Positions 26,078-40,377 of a stretch of 64,000 nucleotides of DNA are shown in pieces (the stretch's first letter is position 1; every line of letters begins with the position of its first letter). The notes beneath the pieces were generated by a model, which was not told where the DNA came from, searched no databases, and worked only from the letters and a program-made list of their open reading frames with translations. This stretch comes from Octopus bimaculoides (Eukaryota), in NCBI RefSeq assembly GCF_001194135.2, contig NC_068983.1, positions 160,019,379-160,083,378 of the forward strand. Direction: 5' to 3'. The position numbers were made by a program, and so were the translations under genes.

Positions 26078-26118
<41 letters not shown>
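26029..26118. repeat. (ATT)n microsatellite with a 10-N gap
   Basis: Read directly; N at 26068-26077. Confidence 0.95.
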
Positions 26119-26119
<1 letters not shown>

Positions 26120-27364
26120 CATCTATTCTCCGCTTGTGGTTCTGATTTCACGGTGAAAATTGCTATGGCATGAGAGGAGGTGTGAACCCATAACATAAAG
26201 GCCTCATTTATGTCAGTAAAGACTGTTCATGTTTATTGATTGAAAGCGAGAGCTGTTTGAGGTCACGTGAAATTGGTGAAGGACAAAAGATAAAGAAGAA
26301 TGATTCTAGGAAGATATAAGGATTGAAACAATGAATCAACATAGCGTGCTGGGTTAACAGAGCAAGAATTGGGCTACATTAAAGAGAGAGAATGAAATTA
26401 AATATAGAATGCCTCTAGGGAAAATCTTTTGCTGTTCCGGCTAAGTAGAAAGCAGTGACTAGCAGCAAGTGGCGAAGAGTTGATTGTTAATAATAATGGG
26501 CTGCACGATATAACTATAAGTTTGGAGCCATTGATATGCAATCGTTCTATTATGGTATTTTCACCAATACAATAAACGTCATATAAATGTAGTGCTGTCA
26601 ATAAACAGTTCGCTGTAAAGGCTTGCAAACAACAATCGCGGAATTCCACTGTTACGGTTTACTCTATTAACTAGACAGATTTAATCTTTAATTGACTCCT
26701 ATACAGTGGATGTATTGTGGTTTCACTTCTGTAGTGGCTTGATAGGCAATTATATAAAAGTCACTTGTTATGTTTAATAGAGTACTCGGTGTATAGTTGA
26801 CACAGGTAGAAGTGTTCGACTGCAATACAGGGGCCAACTGTTGTAGTGGATTTTCCATTACGTGTATAGCTGACATATGTTTATAGACAGTTACATGTGC
26901 CATTTATATAACAACAGTTAAATAACTGGAAACAGAACATATGTAATGACTGCAATTGTAATGTGAATATGGCATACAAATGTAGAAGTTGGCAGAGCAA
27001 CAAAACAAATGTTTATACAATCAAAAATAGACTACCAATGAGGTAACACTTGTAGTTTAGAAGAAACTGTTTAAAGAAAACATTTAATAGCTAGGAGTTG
27101 TTTGTTGTAAGCTATAGACTTTGATAGACATTGTAGAAGTATACATGCAGTAGTTTATAGATTACGCTATGGAAGATAACAGCTTTAGTTCATAAACTAT
27201 TAAATAGAAGTGAATAGCAGTTGCTAGAAGTTTGCCACTAGTAATCTATTATGAAAATATTGAAGACGGATTAGAGCCTAAAGTTTCAAACAGTCTGTAC
27301 TTGGTTTTTCAACAGAACAACTTTAGACGTTACGTTCTTCTTCCTTTTGTAGTACGTACGCATA

Positions 27365-27712
27365 AACACATATCTTTTACCTGTTTCAGTTATTGGACTG
27401 CGACCATGCTGGGGCACCACCTTGTAGTCTATTTTGCCGGAATGATCAGTTACGAGAACGTAAACAAACCAACAGCAGTTGTCGAGCGGTAGTAGGGGTA
27501 CAAACGCAAAGGTACACTCACTCACACACGCGCGCGCACATATATTTATGGGCAGACTTCTTTCAGTTTCCGTCGATAAAGTACACTCACACGGCTTTGG
27601 TCATCCAATGGCTATCGTAAGAAACACTAGCCCAAAGTGCCACGCATTTGGACTGAACCCGGAATAATGTTGTTGAGAAGCTAACTTCTTACCACATTCT
27701 CATGCCTGCACC
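27365..27712 (-). mobile_element. SINE family A, near full length, diverged
   Basis: Reverse complement of the 4327-4740 layout (cttttacctgtttcagt...accatgctggggcaccacc; cttctttcagtttccgtc; cttcttaccac). Confidence 0.75.
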
Positions 27713-30700
27713 TATTTATATAATACTTTTGCTGCTATATCCAATCCAATCCTATATACCTATTCTAATGACTAGCATTATATTACCATTCAAATATTAA
27801 GAATAATTGTCTTTTAGTATTAAAAAGAAAAAAACACTAAACGTACGCGATAAACTACTAAATGATATGCACTTCGTAAACGCTTTGCGAAAAGCCTTGT
27901 CTACCTGATACAAAGAGTTCCTTATAGTTGCTGGTATAATTTTAATTTCAAGACGTATTTAAAGCTAATAGAAGGTAACTGTGGTTACCTAGAGTTGTTT
28001 ATAGTCTATACAATAACAACAACAGACTACAACAACAACAACATCAGATTATGAATTTTTACTGATGTTCGACAATAATGTTGAAACTAAATTGTACTTT
28101 GTGCACAAAGCCAGCTTTGTGGATATGAAGTCTAGCTGACTGAATAAATCTCAGTATGATATTGATATTAATATTATCGACTATAAAATGTAGGCAGCCT
28201 TAGTTGCGCTTAAATTCATAACAGATGGGAGTTTCGGAGCATTGTAGGGAACTAATCCAGTTGACATTGCACTTCTATCTATGACTTATTCTGAATAGCA
28301 GCATCTACACAGTTGAGAGTCACCTACTGCTTGTCCATACATCACTACACGGAAAAGCAATAAATCTAGTGTTATTTGAACTCCAAACCATGAGCCAATG
28401 GAATTTCGCAAAGACACCGGCCCTGGTTCATGTTCACTTCGGAGTGAAAGCTGCTCGATCTTTATTTTGTAAGAGATTCCAGTTTGAATCTACGGTTACC
28501 ACTTCATTCTATTCGTTATGATTTATCGTTTTAACGTTCATGTGTCCACAACATGGCATACGTCAGGAATCGAAACCGAGTCGTTCTTTCGCACTGAGAA
28601 TTCAAATCTTACGTGGCCTCTTGCCTTTCATCATTCTGGAACAGTTTCCTCAACATAAAAACCAGATATATATACTTGAGACGATTATTTTCACCATTTC
28701 CTTCATAAATAATTAACATGTTTTTCATTGTCTACAGAAATGATTAGTAATTACATATAAGAAGTCGTGACTTTCATTCCTTTCCCAAACACATTAACAA
28801 AGTGATGCTTGGTAATAAGATAAATGTTAGAAGTAGACTTTTGATGTTGAATGAGGAAAGGCCTTCAAGGAAAGTGACAGTGGGAGAGTTCTTGAGTTCA
28901 TTGTTGGCTAGCACCAGAGTAATCATCTGTCATTTTCTCATAAGAAAATTACCTTTAGGCCATTGATAATGCAGAACTTCATTAACGTAAACTGTCCTTT
29001 CGGCAGTTTTTCCTTGATACTAATGAGATAATAACTTCTGTTGAGTTCTCGACTAACTATATGGTAAACTTCTTTCACTGAATTACTAAACTCAATAAGA
29101 ATCCTATCTCAATTCGTTTAGTTACAATTTCAAACCCCATTTATTTATCAAGAATATGAGTAATTTTTTCCACATGAACAGAAGATATAGATCACAAACA
29201 AATGGAATGTAACGAAGGAATGAATGAATGAAATGAATAGCCTCAAACCCCAACCATTGAAAATAAATAAGGTTGACTGAGAGAACCATTGTGATGTAAA
29301 TGACAACGATGATGATGGTGGTGATAATGATAAATAGTTGGTGATGTGAAAATACCATATTTTGCGGATAAGCATTTAGGCTGACTGTTTGGAAAAATAA
29401 TAGAAATCCTACTGAAAAAATATATAGCTTAAATTGATTTATTATTTACGCTCAAAGCACTAACATTTTAAATGAGAGCAACAATTGTGTTCGAGTTACA
29501 TGTCTTTTTCAAAGAGGAGTCAAATCCATATGATAGTACTTGATTTAAAAAGAAAATTATGAATAATGCAGGCAATAGACTCATCAGAATACGGGGTAAC
29601 GGAATTTACAGAGCACCAAATATAATGCGTTGTGGCAAGTAACTTCTCTTTAAAGTACTGAGTTCAATTATCATTCCTACCCCCGCATCTTGGTTGATGG
29701 TATAAGTAACAGTCAAATGCTGGGATTGATTTAACTATGTTCCTCCTACTCCAAAATGTCTGGCATTGTGTCTATATATTTAGAGTCCATATTTGCATTT
29801 TACGATGGATCTGAATAATAGAATCAATAGAGCGTCTCTTCACATTTTATGTTTGAGTCTGAAATCCGTCCATGATAAATTAACTTTCTCCTAATCGGGC
29901 AATTTTAGTGTTATACTAACAAATTATCATTTATTTTTATTTCCACCTAATGCAGGCTCTTTTGATTTATTGCTACTGCATTCCTATCTTTAAAGTAATT
30001 TAATTAGCCCCGGGAAGTCATTTAGCTCTATGAACACAAAATCCATTCTAGACCAACCAGTCGATAAAGTAAAGAATTGCTTTTTTTGTCAAAAGTGAAG
30101 AATTTTACTATCGGGGGTTAAGAATTTCAACTAATTATCAATTTGCTTCACTAAATATTCATTCCTGAAAGGCTGCTGTACATAGAAGGGAAAATGACAA
30201 TGTTATGGAAAATATTAAGGATGAATGATGAAGAAAATAATAATGATGAATGGCAACTCATCTCCAAAGAAAGTCAAATGATAAAATCATATGATGTATT
30301 TCGCTTCTGACACATTTTCACGTAAGATCTAGCAGATATTAGATAACCAATATCTTTGAATTAATAATCATTGGTTCTATGCAGTGGAACGTAGATTTCC
30401 TAAGGGGCTTTTGTCAAGAATTGAAACATTTATTTTATAAACGAATTGTGACAGAGAATGTAATGTTTCAATATTCTCATTAAACAAAAACAAGAGATAT
30501 TTCTCCTTTGTATAAATATTGGGAATAGGTTTTAAAATCAATATTTAATAAAGCTACAGTAATGGGATGTAAGCCTATATAGCTCGTACTTACGTATTCT
30601 TGTAAGATCTGACTTTAAATCTTCACAATTAAGCTATTTCTACTTGTATTAGATAGCTCTATGTAATGAGTTTAAAGTCGGAAAAACTGCTTTGCAGAAA

Positions 30701-33289
30701 CTATTACACGAAGTCCTTTATATTAAAGAAAATAAGGTAATTAGGGGATCCTGATCTGAGAATGATTATTGCTTTTATATTACTTGTAGGGCTGTGTATT
30801 ATCAGAATATTTAAAGCGATTGGAAAAATCTATTGTGGTATTTAGTTATATCAATTAACGCTGTAGAGTTAAAAGAGGCCGAGGTAAAGTTTGCGAATCA
30901 TCCTTTAGAGACGATAAAATAAATGCCATCGAGTACTAGGATCGATAATCTGACTGTTCTCTCTCACGAAGAAATCAATAAGATTGATCAAAGGTCAATC
31001 AATTTATTCTGTTTATCCGTACAAGTGTGCAAGCTAAATAAATATTAATAATTACTGTCTTTGAACCGTTAAGAGAATATGAACTCGTAATGGATACATT
31101 ATTATCCATTCTAAAATATTTTACCCAATTTGTGAGCGCCTTACATCATCCATGTCGATCATACAAATCATGGAAGATCTGCGAAGGTTATAGGCACAAC
31201 CCCTTCCTCTAAAGCGAGCCATTAAATTAAATCGATATTCCATGATGCCCATCGAATTGCCTATCGAACCTATTGAGTTTGCCGTAAATTGTTATACGGA
31301 AAGGCCAAACAGATACTCAAAAAAAATTTAAGTAAATACTATAAAAACAATAAACTGTGTTATATTCACATAAACTGTACAAAATGTATTACTCCTCTCA
31401 AAGATGGTTGCAATCATTTTGATTCTGATTGACAGACTTGAGACATGAGTCAACGTTACATTAGCAAATTTGTCAATAATTACAACTCATAATTCTTGCT
31501 GAATCAGAAGTTGCATTTGTAGACTATGTTCTTAAGTCAGAAGCTTGGAGGCTGTACACAAAAGATTTTTTGGCGTGATATCCAAATGTTAGTTAAATAC
31601 TAACAATGTTCTTTTGATCTTGACAAAACGAGGTTAACCATTCAGCTGAGGAAAAAAAACATATGGTTTGCTCACCGGCAATATAACAGGCCAGAAGTTA
31701 AATGATAACAACTGGATATAATGATTGCGTGTCCATCAAGAAAGATAGGCTCAATTGCAACATAATAGTGAATTGTAATCCAAACACAATCCAAGACTAG
31801 CTATACATTTCTTGATAATTTCATATGAGGTTATCTGCAGCAGTAAACATGTAGGTGTGCTGATTAATTGCTCTATCCACATGAAGTGTTGCCTCATCTG
31901 ACCAATTTATAGAATTAATAAAATGAGGATCATAATGAAAGGACATTAATATCTTGTCGCAGAATTGAGCTTAGCGATTCAAATCGTGCTTATTAAGTGT
32001 TTGTAAAAGTCTAGGGATAAAGTAGCGTAAATTCAAATCAACTGGAATGAGCCGATATTTAGTTGATATTCTGTTGAGATGAACCATGCGTAAGAGATGG
32101 TTGACTAACCGAACATTTCCTTCCCTCCTGACTTAAACTAGATGATCGGAACAAGGTGCATCTATCAGTAACTGCATACCCTCTCCCTTGCTAAACAGCA
32201 TTTTAATCGTTCTTCTGGTTGGTGTACCACTCACGAACTCCTTCCCCCATTATTGTTGAATTGAAATTGGATATTGAAATAAATATTCCTGCTTAACAAG
32301 GTACGCATGGTTTGCAACGGTGTAACATAACTGATTCGTATTTCTGAAATTAAAATGTGTACACACAGCCTTAATTTACATAGTAATATTTTATAGTAAA
32401 TTTTATTGGCTATTACAGTTCAACTCAATGGTTAGTTTGAAATGTTATTCTATAAGAACTATGACAAACAAGTATTTCGTTTCATTTACGCTACTAATTC
32501 GCTTGGAAAATTAACAGTATCAAATCTGAATGTTATTAAACTGATAGCAATATTTCTCAACACTCATATTGTTCATGGTGAACTATAAATGGCTGAAGTA
32601 CAACACTGATACGATTACAATTTATGTTATACATAAGTTCTATGGTTTTGGAAAAAGACACGACCGTCAAAATATTTTCTCTTCCTGATTTTCTCTTACT
32701 CAAAGTTTTATATTATTGCTTTACTTAGTCCAGAAGCAACCAATATTAATAGTGCTTTTGTTCAATGCAATTTACCTTCATTTGAATAAATTCCAAGTCA
32801 TAGATTTAACTGGGAACTCAGAGTTGATTAAATCGACCTAAATTTATCTTATCCGGGTTGTAAGGAAACATAATTGACTACTGCGATATTTGAAGTTTAA
32901 GCACTATGTCAAATTTTGAATACCATAGAGAAAAGCATTGATATTTCAAGACCTTCTCAAGGTCGATACAAAAGGGCATCTGACAACAGTTTAAAGAATT
33001 TATAGTTAGTTTACAGACACAAGCACTGCAATATATCCGACACTAAAATACTTCAAAAATACACCACTGGCATTCATTTGTAGCAGACTACTGTGTCTTT
33101 CTGTTGTTGGTTAGAAGGTGAGAGATTTCCGCTGAAGTGAAAAAAAAAAAAAAAAAAAAGACTATCCAGTAGTCCCTGTACAACCCCAATAGTTTATTGG
33201 ACATGCAAACTTAAACCATGACGATTTTAACAAAATTTCTTAACCGTTGGCCAGCAGTTTTTCCCCCTCTTTGTTACTACTTGCATATG

Positions 33290-35993
33290 AATATGCCGCC
33301 TTGTTTTCATTTCAGGTAGAGGCGGTTTACGTCACTGTGCATGTGGAAATTATGTGTGCTTGTTAGTAGTTTTCGGTTTTCACATCAATAGCTCGGATTT
33401 CCTCAAGCGTCCAATCAAGCAGCCCAAATGTTGGTATAACTACTGGCACTGCAAGCATATTGTGAGCCACTGTTTTATTGAATGCAGAGAGTTCTGAGGT
33501 CCAAATTTTCTTTATTCGGCTGTAATATTCCTTAGTGACACGTATTTTGTTACAGGTGCCATTGTAAGATATATTTTCATCCACCCCTAGATACCTGTAA
33601 CATTCCTCGTCAGATACAGGGGAAACAGTCAAATCACTGATGGCGATGTTACTAGTCTGGTTTATATTTTCCCCCTTTTCACAACCATATAACATTTATC
33701 CTGACCAAACTCCAACCCTACATCCTATGAGAATGTTGTAACTAGGTCAAGCATGCATATTTTTTCCATAGAGTTTTAAGACATCCACAAAGAAACAGTG
33801 TGTAATTTTGGTATTTCTGTTTCCTTGTGAACCAGTGAGATATCCTTCAGACTTCCTTAACATGAATGACAAGGGGTTTACAGAAAGTATAAACAACATC
33901 AGAGAGAGGCTGTCTTTGCTATACTGTATTCTATACTGTATTCTATCGGTGATAATACATTCACTCTTTGTGTTTAATTTCAAGATGTTGGCCCATAATG
34001 AAGTCAGTCCAGCTATGGCTTTGACTATTCTCACTGGAACTTTAGCAAGTTGAAGGGCTTCTATCATCCATGAGTAGGGAACAAAGTCAAAGGCTTTCTT
34101 GTAGTCTAGCCACATTGAAACTAAATTCTTCCTATGCTCTCGCACCTCTGACATTAGAGTTTTGTTGATTAATAATTGCTCGACAATCCTCAGACTCCCC
34201 TCCTCCCAGCTGCTTTTTCTGCTGTGATAATGTCATTGGCTTCACAATGATCCTGAAAGAAGAGATTTAAAGATGCTGTATATATTTTATACATTAAGTT
34301 CTGGCATGCAATTGGCCGGTAGTTTTTTGTCATGTGGGTGGTTCTGCATTTGGGGATCAATTTTGTCTCTGCCAGAGCTAACCAGTGTGGTATGCTACTG
34401 TTCCCAATGAAAGCTTACTGGTACAGTTGGTAAGGTATGGTCGGTAGAAGGTTAGGTTCTTCTAACAATATCCAACAATCAAGTCTCTTCCAGGTGCTTT
34501 TCCATTCTGGAGTTTCTGGATCACAGTTGCAAGAGTTTCACCATCAATGCTATATGTCTTGGATGTAACGCAGGAGCAATGACTTCTTCGGATTTCTTCA
34601 AGACACAGAGCATCTTGTTGATTAAATTCCTTCTCTTCACTCCAGATTTTCCTCCAGAAGGAGTTCATGTCTTCTCGTGAAGGAGCTTCCGTGATGTTTA
34701 CTGCTCCTCCTCTCATGTCTCTGCCTGGTTGCGTCTAATTTTTTTGTTTATTGTGCTTCTCTCGGTTATTCTCTTCTGATGTCGGTGTTTCTCACTGACA
34801 ACTTTTAGCGCCTGCTTGAGGCTAATCAGTTTGCAAGTGAGTGTCTTCTGTTTGCTGTTTCCAAACATCATTTCTATCTCCTATCTTTACTTTCTGTTGG
34901 TGGGACGTATAGTGATTTGCTTGTTTGCATGCAATGAGCCTCATTACATCACTGATAGTCTTCCGTAAACCATTTATCTTTTTCTCTGTCTTCAAAACCC
35001 ATGATGGTACTTTCTTTGTTATTTCGGTTTTGTTTACTTTTTGAATGTACTGTTTTACAGTAGTAACCAGAGTAGACAGACAGGCGTTAACCTGCTAGTT
35101 TCTGGGTTCATCACACTATTGTAAATACTCATTACCAATTTCGTTAACAACTTTTAATACTGTATCCGGTGGGTTTTTTTTATTTACTTTGGTGTAGAAT
35201 ACTCTCTCCTTGAAAGAGTACTCCAAAGCCAAAGCTAGGGCACATTTCACCGACATATAATCCTGACTACCACTATTACTATACAATAATCGTTGCTGTT
35301 GCGCCTGCTGTTTACCACAGTCGTAGTAGGGGGACAGTGGTCGGTTACTTGAGCCAGTAATGTAGCTTGGCTGGCAAGCACCATGGAATCTGTTGGAATG
35401 TCGTCGCTACCTGCGAAACTACGTGGTAGTCTTATATCATTCACGTTTTCGCTTTTGTTTATGGAGTTGGGAAGAAGGTTAATTTTCGATTTTTTAATAA
35501 AGTTACAATTACTGACCTTCTTTCTATGTTCTGCAAATGTTGCTTGTTGGCGTAGTTGCTTCACTGTAACATGATTTAATTCTGGATTGCAGATCGTCCC
35601 AATATGATTTCAGTCGGTTCATATAGCCAACAACGAGGTTTTCTTTCGCTTTTTCTCCAAGAGAAATGAATTTTGTAGTTTTTGGTTTCTTCTATAACTA
35701 CAGCTAGAAAGAATCTGTTTGCCTGTTGAACTGTTGTCTTCGTCCTGTTCCTCGATTGTGTTGTTGTTGATGTTGTGTCCAGCTACGTTGTTTTGTAGTA
35801 ACTCTCTGCATGCTAAATTCAAGTTTCAGTCGAAAATCACTACGATCGTGAATAAAAGGCTTCCTTAGTTAATTCATCTAAAAATTAACCAGTTATTTAA
35901 CAAGGCTGATAGTTGTGGCGCCAAAGTTGGAGATAGTATTCAACGTATTCTCGATAAATAGTCTCCTACGCCAAATACGCGACTTGTCGCTTC
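33290..35993 (-). mobile_element. R4/Dong-like RLE-type LINE relic (N-terminal region plus RT), 3'-truncated
   Basis: KQLRQQATF, KVPSWVL, APGRDLIVGY, WLDYKKAFDFVPYSW, HCFFVDVLKLYG, YRYLGVDENI, PTFGLLDWTLEEI..IDVKT, NFH.HSDVNRLYL. Many stops and frameshifts. Confidence 0.9.
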
Positions 35994-36140
35994 GTATGTA
36001 TGTATGTATGCATGTATGTATGTATGTATGTATGTATGTATGTATGTATGTATGTATATGCATACATATATACACACACATATATATACATATATGTATG
36101 TATTTATGTATATACATACACATATGTGTGTGTGTGTGTG
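35994..36140. repeat. (TATG)n plus TA/TG microsatellite
   Basis: Read directly from the sequence. Confidence 0.95.
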
Positions 36141-36842
36141 TTACACGTAGCGCTCTATAGAAGAAGTGTGCAAGAACTTTAATATGGCCCACGAGATCAG
36201 TAGCTCTCCAGCGATGCGACACGGCACACTTGAGCCGCGAAATATAGTACGGAAGGCCGCGAAAATAACAAAATTCTAAGAAACGAAAAATAGAATCTGA
36301 AATTCTATATTTATAATTTCCATTAACTTACGCGTAACGTACTGAACAAAGAAACAAACATTTAATAATTTGGTGTAGTTAAAATTATTTATATTTATAG
36401 GCTAAAATATAAATATCTTTTAATAATTTTTGTTTATGCACAAAATGCATCGATATTTTGTATTTGCTCTAAAGTATGCCGCAAGTAAAAAAAAAATGAG
36501 AAATTTGCATTATATTGAAGTGTTGATTTTGAATCCGCCAATATACTTAAACAAAGCAATCAGAAGCAATTCACCATATAAAATAAATATACACCGCAGC
36601 ACAACATATTCTTACATACATAAACACATATATAAACGCACACACACACACGCACATATATACATGCCAAACAAACTCACGCACACACATATATATATAT
36701 ATGTGTATGTGTATGTATGTGTGTGTTCGAATTGTAATTGCTATTATTGCTAATGTACATCTAAACACACTTTTTGCATTGAATGCATCCACTTATGTTT
36801 TTTTCTGTCTACATAAATGCATGAAGAAATATATATACACTA

Positions 36843-37110
36843 CTGGCACTTCGTCGGTTACGACGACGAGGGTTCTAGTTGATCGGATCAACGGAACAAC
36901 CTGCTCGTGGAATTAACGTGCAAGTACCTCTCAGGGAGAGTCAGCATCACATAGAATGTAGCCCTTTGAAATGCAGGCACTTTTCATTTTTGCCAGCAGA
37001 GTGACCAGGAGCAAACGTGAAATAAAGTATGTTACTCAAGGACATAATGCGCAGCCTTGAATCGAACTCTAGACCTTATTCTCGTGAACCGAATGACCCT
37101 AACCACTAAA
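36843..37110 (-). mobile_element. tRNA SINE (family D head) carrying the family C double-hairpin 3' tail
   Basis: Head aaggcgcgcggtttagtggttaggg...gagttcgattc; tail gttccgttgatccgatcaactagaaccctcgtcgtcgtaaccgacgaagtgcc. Confidence 0.75.
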
Positions 37111-37157
37111 CCGCGCGCCTTTACTGAAATACATGCATACATACACACACACATACA

Positions 37158-37290
37158 CGCATATATTATATATGCAAATGTGTGTGTGTGTGTATGTGCA
37201 TGTGTGTGTGTGTTTGTGTGTGTATGTGCGTGTGTGTGTGTGTTTGTGTGTGTGTGTGTTTGTGTGTGTGTGTGCATGTGTGTGTGTGTT

Positions 37291-37334
<44 letters not shown>

Positions 37335-38010
37335 CGTGTGTGTGTGTGTGTGTGTTATTTCTTTACTACCCACAAGGGGCTACACACAGAGGGGACAACC
37401 AAGGANNNNNNNNNNNNNNNNNNNNNNNNNNNNNNNNNNNNNNNNNNNNNNNNNNNNNNNNNNNNNNNNNNNNNNNNNNNNNNNNNNNNNNNNNNNNNNN
37501 NNNNNNNNNNNNNNNNNNNNNNNNNNNNNNNNNNNNNNNNNNNNNNNNNNNNNNNNNNNNNNNNNNNNNNNNNNNNNNNNNNNNNNNNNNNNNNNNNNNN
37601 NNNNNNNNNNNNNNNNNNNNNNNNNNNNNNNNNNNNNNNNNNNNNNNNNNNNNNNNNNNNNNNNNNNNNNNNNNNNNNNNNNNNNNNNNNNNNNNNNNNN
37701 NNNNNNNNNNNNNNNNNNNNNNNNNNNNNNNNNNNNNNNNNNNNNNNNNNNNNNNNNNNNNNNNNNNNNNNNNNNNNNNNNNNNNNNNNNNNNNNNNNNN
37801 NNNNNNNNNNNNNNNNNNNNNNNNNNNNNNNNNNNNNNNNNNNNNNNNNNNNNNNNNNNNNNNNNNNNNNNNNNNNNNNNNNNNNNNNNNNNNNNNNNNN
37901 NNNNNNNNNNNNNNNNNNNNNNNNNNNNNNNNNNNNNNNNNNNNNNNNNNNNNNNNNNNNNNNNNNNNNNNNNNNNNNNNNNNNNNNNNNNNNNNNNNNN
38001 NNNNNNNNNN

Positions 38011-38055
<45 letters not shown>
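37158..38055. repeat. Degenerate (TG)n tract and a 605-N gap
   Basis: TG-rich 37158-37355, N 37406-38010, (TG)n 38011-38055. Confidence 0.9.
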
Positions 38056-38058
<3 letters not shown>

Positions 38059-38408
38059 AGACTTCAAAGTTTCCGCTTGCTTGCTTTCATCGGGCTGTGC
38101 TTTTGGTTCTTCCTGGCTACATAATAGCTTTCGGCAAGTTCATTTTTCAGGCGGAAGGAGCACAGTATAAAATGATGTTTAGGCCTTGGTTAGCTACGTC
38201 AGGGAACAAGGCGTGTAGCATGAAGATAGACGAGGACAGAATGAAATGTTTGTGTCTGCAGCGTATGAGTTAATAGAAAGTTCCTCTAACAAGATGGCAT
38301 CTAGTTTGATGTTGTGCGTAAGCGTATGTTTATGCATTTGGCTGTGTATCTCTATAGGTATCATACATGTAAATACGTCTATTTGTCTTTCTGTATGTAT
38401 GAATTCAT

Positions 38409-38553
38409 ATACATACATACATACAAACATACAAACATACATACATACATACATACATACATACATACTTACATACATACATACGTACATACATACATAC
38501 GTACATACATACATACATACATACATACATACATACATACATACATACATACA
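38409..38553. repeat. (CATA)n microsatellite
   Basis: Read directly from the sequence. Confidence 0.95.
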
Positions 38554-38604
38554 TGTAGATATGCATGTTGGTGTGTGGGTGTATATGCAAGGTGTTTTGT
38601 GGTA

Positions 38605-39345
38605 TGTATATTCTCTTCTACTTTTAATCATTTGAAGTCAGTCTTCCTTACAGGAAGATCTGTCGTTGAAATGTGGATGACAAATACAGAATCACTTTTT
38701 GAACATGAGAAAAATTTTGCATATTTTTACTGTTTCACTTACAGGTTTTATTTTTACTGTACTTGTCAGCTGGTTGATCTCTTTTTTTCCCCACCTTTTA
38801 CTGATAGTTACTTAAGCATTTACTCACAAGACCAAGTGCACCAATTATTATTGGTATAAATTTGAACTTATATTCTGGGTAGCGAAGCTGAAGCTTTCAA
38901 AGCAGTTAACCTCTCTCTCTTTGATTTTCGAAGAGATATTTGCATCAACAGGACAACTGACCTCTATGATTCTGCATACATTTCTTCTCCGTCCCAAATA
39001 TCTGGCTTATTTTGTTTGCTTTTGATAGAAGATTTGATACGTATTTTCTACCAATATTCCTCTAGTATTGATGCTTATATATTAAGAAACATAGGGATTC
39101 TCTACAAATACCCCTGGACGATATTTTCTGGGGGTTTTTTTTTTTTGGGGGGGGGGGTTCGGTGTTATCATATTCTGTTTTTAGGACCAAATCATATCGC
39201 ATTAGGAGATAGCACTTTGATGACATTTTTGTGCAGCTGCTGATCACATGTGTGATGTCTTCCACAGGAGGCATTTTGTAGAAATCTCTTGCTCTTGGAT
39301 TACAAATGGATAGTGAAGTGATAGTGGTGTGTAGTGGTCACAAAT
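38605..39345 (-). mobile_element. R4/Dong-like LINE 3' end (CCHC plus restriction-like endonuclease)
   Basis: VEDITHVISSC (zinc knuckle), KQNKPDI..CRIIEVSCPVDANI (PD..E motif), LRYPEYKFKFIPIIIGALG, ETVKICK, then a 3' UTR. Confidence 0.85.
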
Positions 39346-39780
39346 TCAAGGAAGGCTCCACTTCATGTCGATATTACCAAGTCTTCTTTGTTTTGGGGTT
39401 GGATCGTTGCTGATTATTGGATCGTTGGTGTATATTATCTTTCAGGTATTTGCTATACACTAAGTATATAAGAATCATTCTAACATTAGGATGGGGCTAA
39501 AGATTGGATGCAGAGAGAGAACAGTTGACGATTTCTCGATGTTAGAAGTGACGGATTCATTGTTATTTCATATTTTCTATATAGTATCAGTTATCGTTCT
39601 GTTATATATTCTGTTATGAATTCTTGTATCTGTTTTGTGACTGGGTCGACGGCATGCTGAATAATATAGAAATAAAAGTCCTATCGACACATGAACACGT
39701 GATAGAGAATCGATGTAAGTTCTACATCTCTATATTCTTGTAAATTTACCTCCTGTTCCCTCAGTTTTTATGTCAAAGAA

Positions 39781-39833
39781 ACTGAGGTTAATGACTGGAT
39801 CTTGGGTTTTAAGATCCAGTCATTAGCCTCGGT
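39781..39833 (+). other. 23-bp hairpin with a 7-nt loop
   Basis: ACTGAGGTTAATGACTGGATCTT-gggtttt-AAGATCCAGTCATTAGCCTCGGT: 21 Watson-Crick pairs and 2 T-G pairs. Confidence 0.9.
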
Positions 39834-40167
39834 CACACTGAAAATTCAGTCATAAAAGCCGCTCAGGCTTTAAGAGGTAGTATATTTTCTTCATAGTGTA
39901 GAAATGTGCCCATAGTTAAATTAATTGTATAGCTATGATGAACTAGGTTATTAAAAGCCACTGATTTTTCATTCTTAGTCCAAAGTTGGTTCTTTAGTTT
40001 ATACTGGTAACAGACTTTAATGTCCTTAACGTTAATTTGTGTTTGACATTTACTCCTCTACACAACACCCTCACTTTCCCCAAAATTGTTACGCTTTAAA
40101 AATACCAGAAACTGATTTCAAAGGTTTAAATGGTGACCAAGCCGGTGACCGATGTCATGGAGTCAAT

Positions 40168-40377
40168 CTGCTGAAAGTTCCAGGCTTTCGGGGTATCACG
40201 AAAGGCCTGGTAGGAGGCCCAACCTTCCGAGTTCTTTGACAAGGCTTAGAAAAACTGATGGACTCTTGCAATCGTGTGTGAATCAGAGAGGGGAATATGT
40301 TAAATAAAATCATAATGAACTGATCCGCCTGTGTTTTCTTTTATCTAAATCCAGGAACTTTTCAGCATACCCTCATA
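40168..40377 (-). mobile_element. Mariner/Tc1-type MITE, copy 2
   Basis: Inverted ends ctgctgaaagttccaggcttt and aaatccaggaacttttcagcataccctcaTA. The internal sequence aligns to 899-1123. Confidence 0.75.

Noticed and set aside
26261-26270. GGTCACGTGA CLEAR/E-box-like motif
   Set aside because: A single short match with no supporting context.
33300-33365. Acceptor-like ttgttttcatttcag followed by GC-richer sequence
   Set aside because: It is the antisense of the R4-like LINE motif NFH..DVNRLYL.
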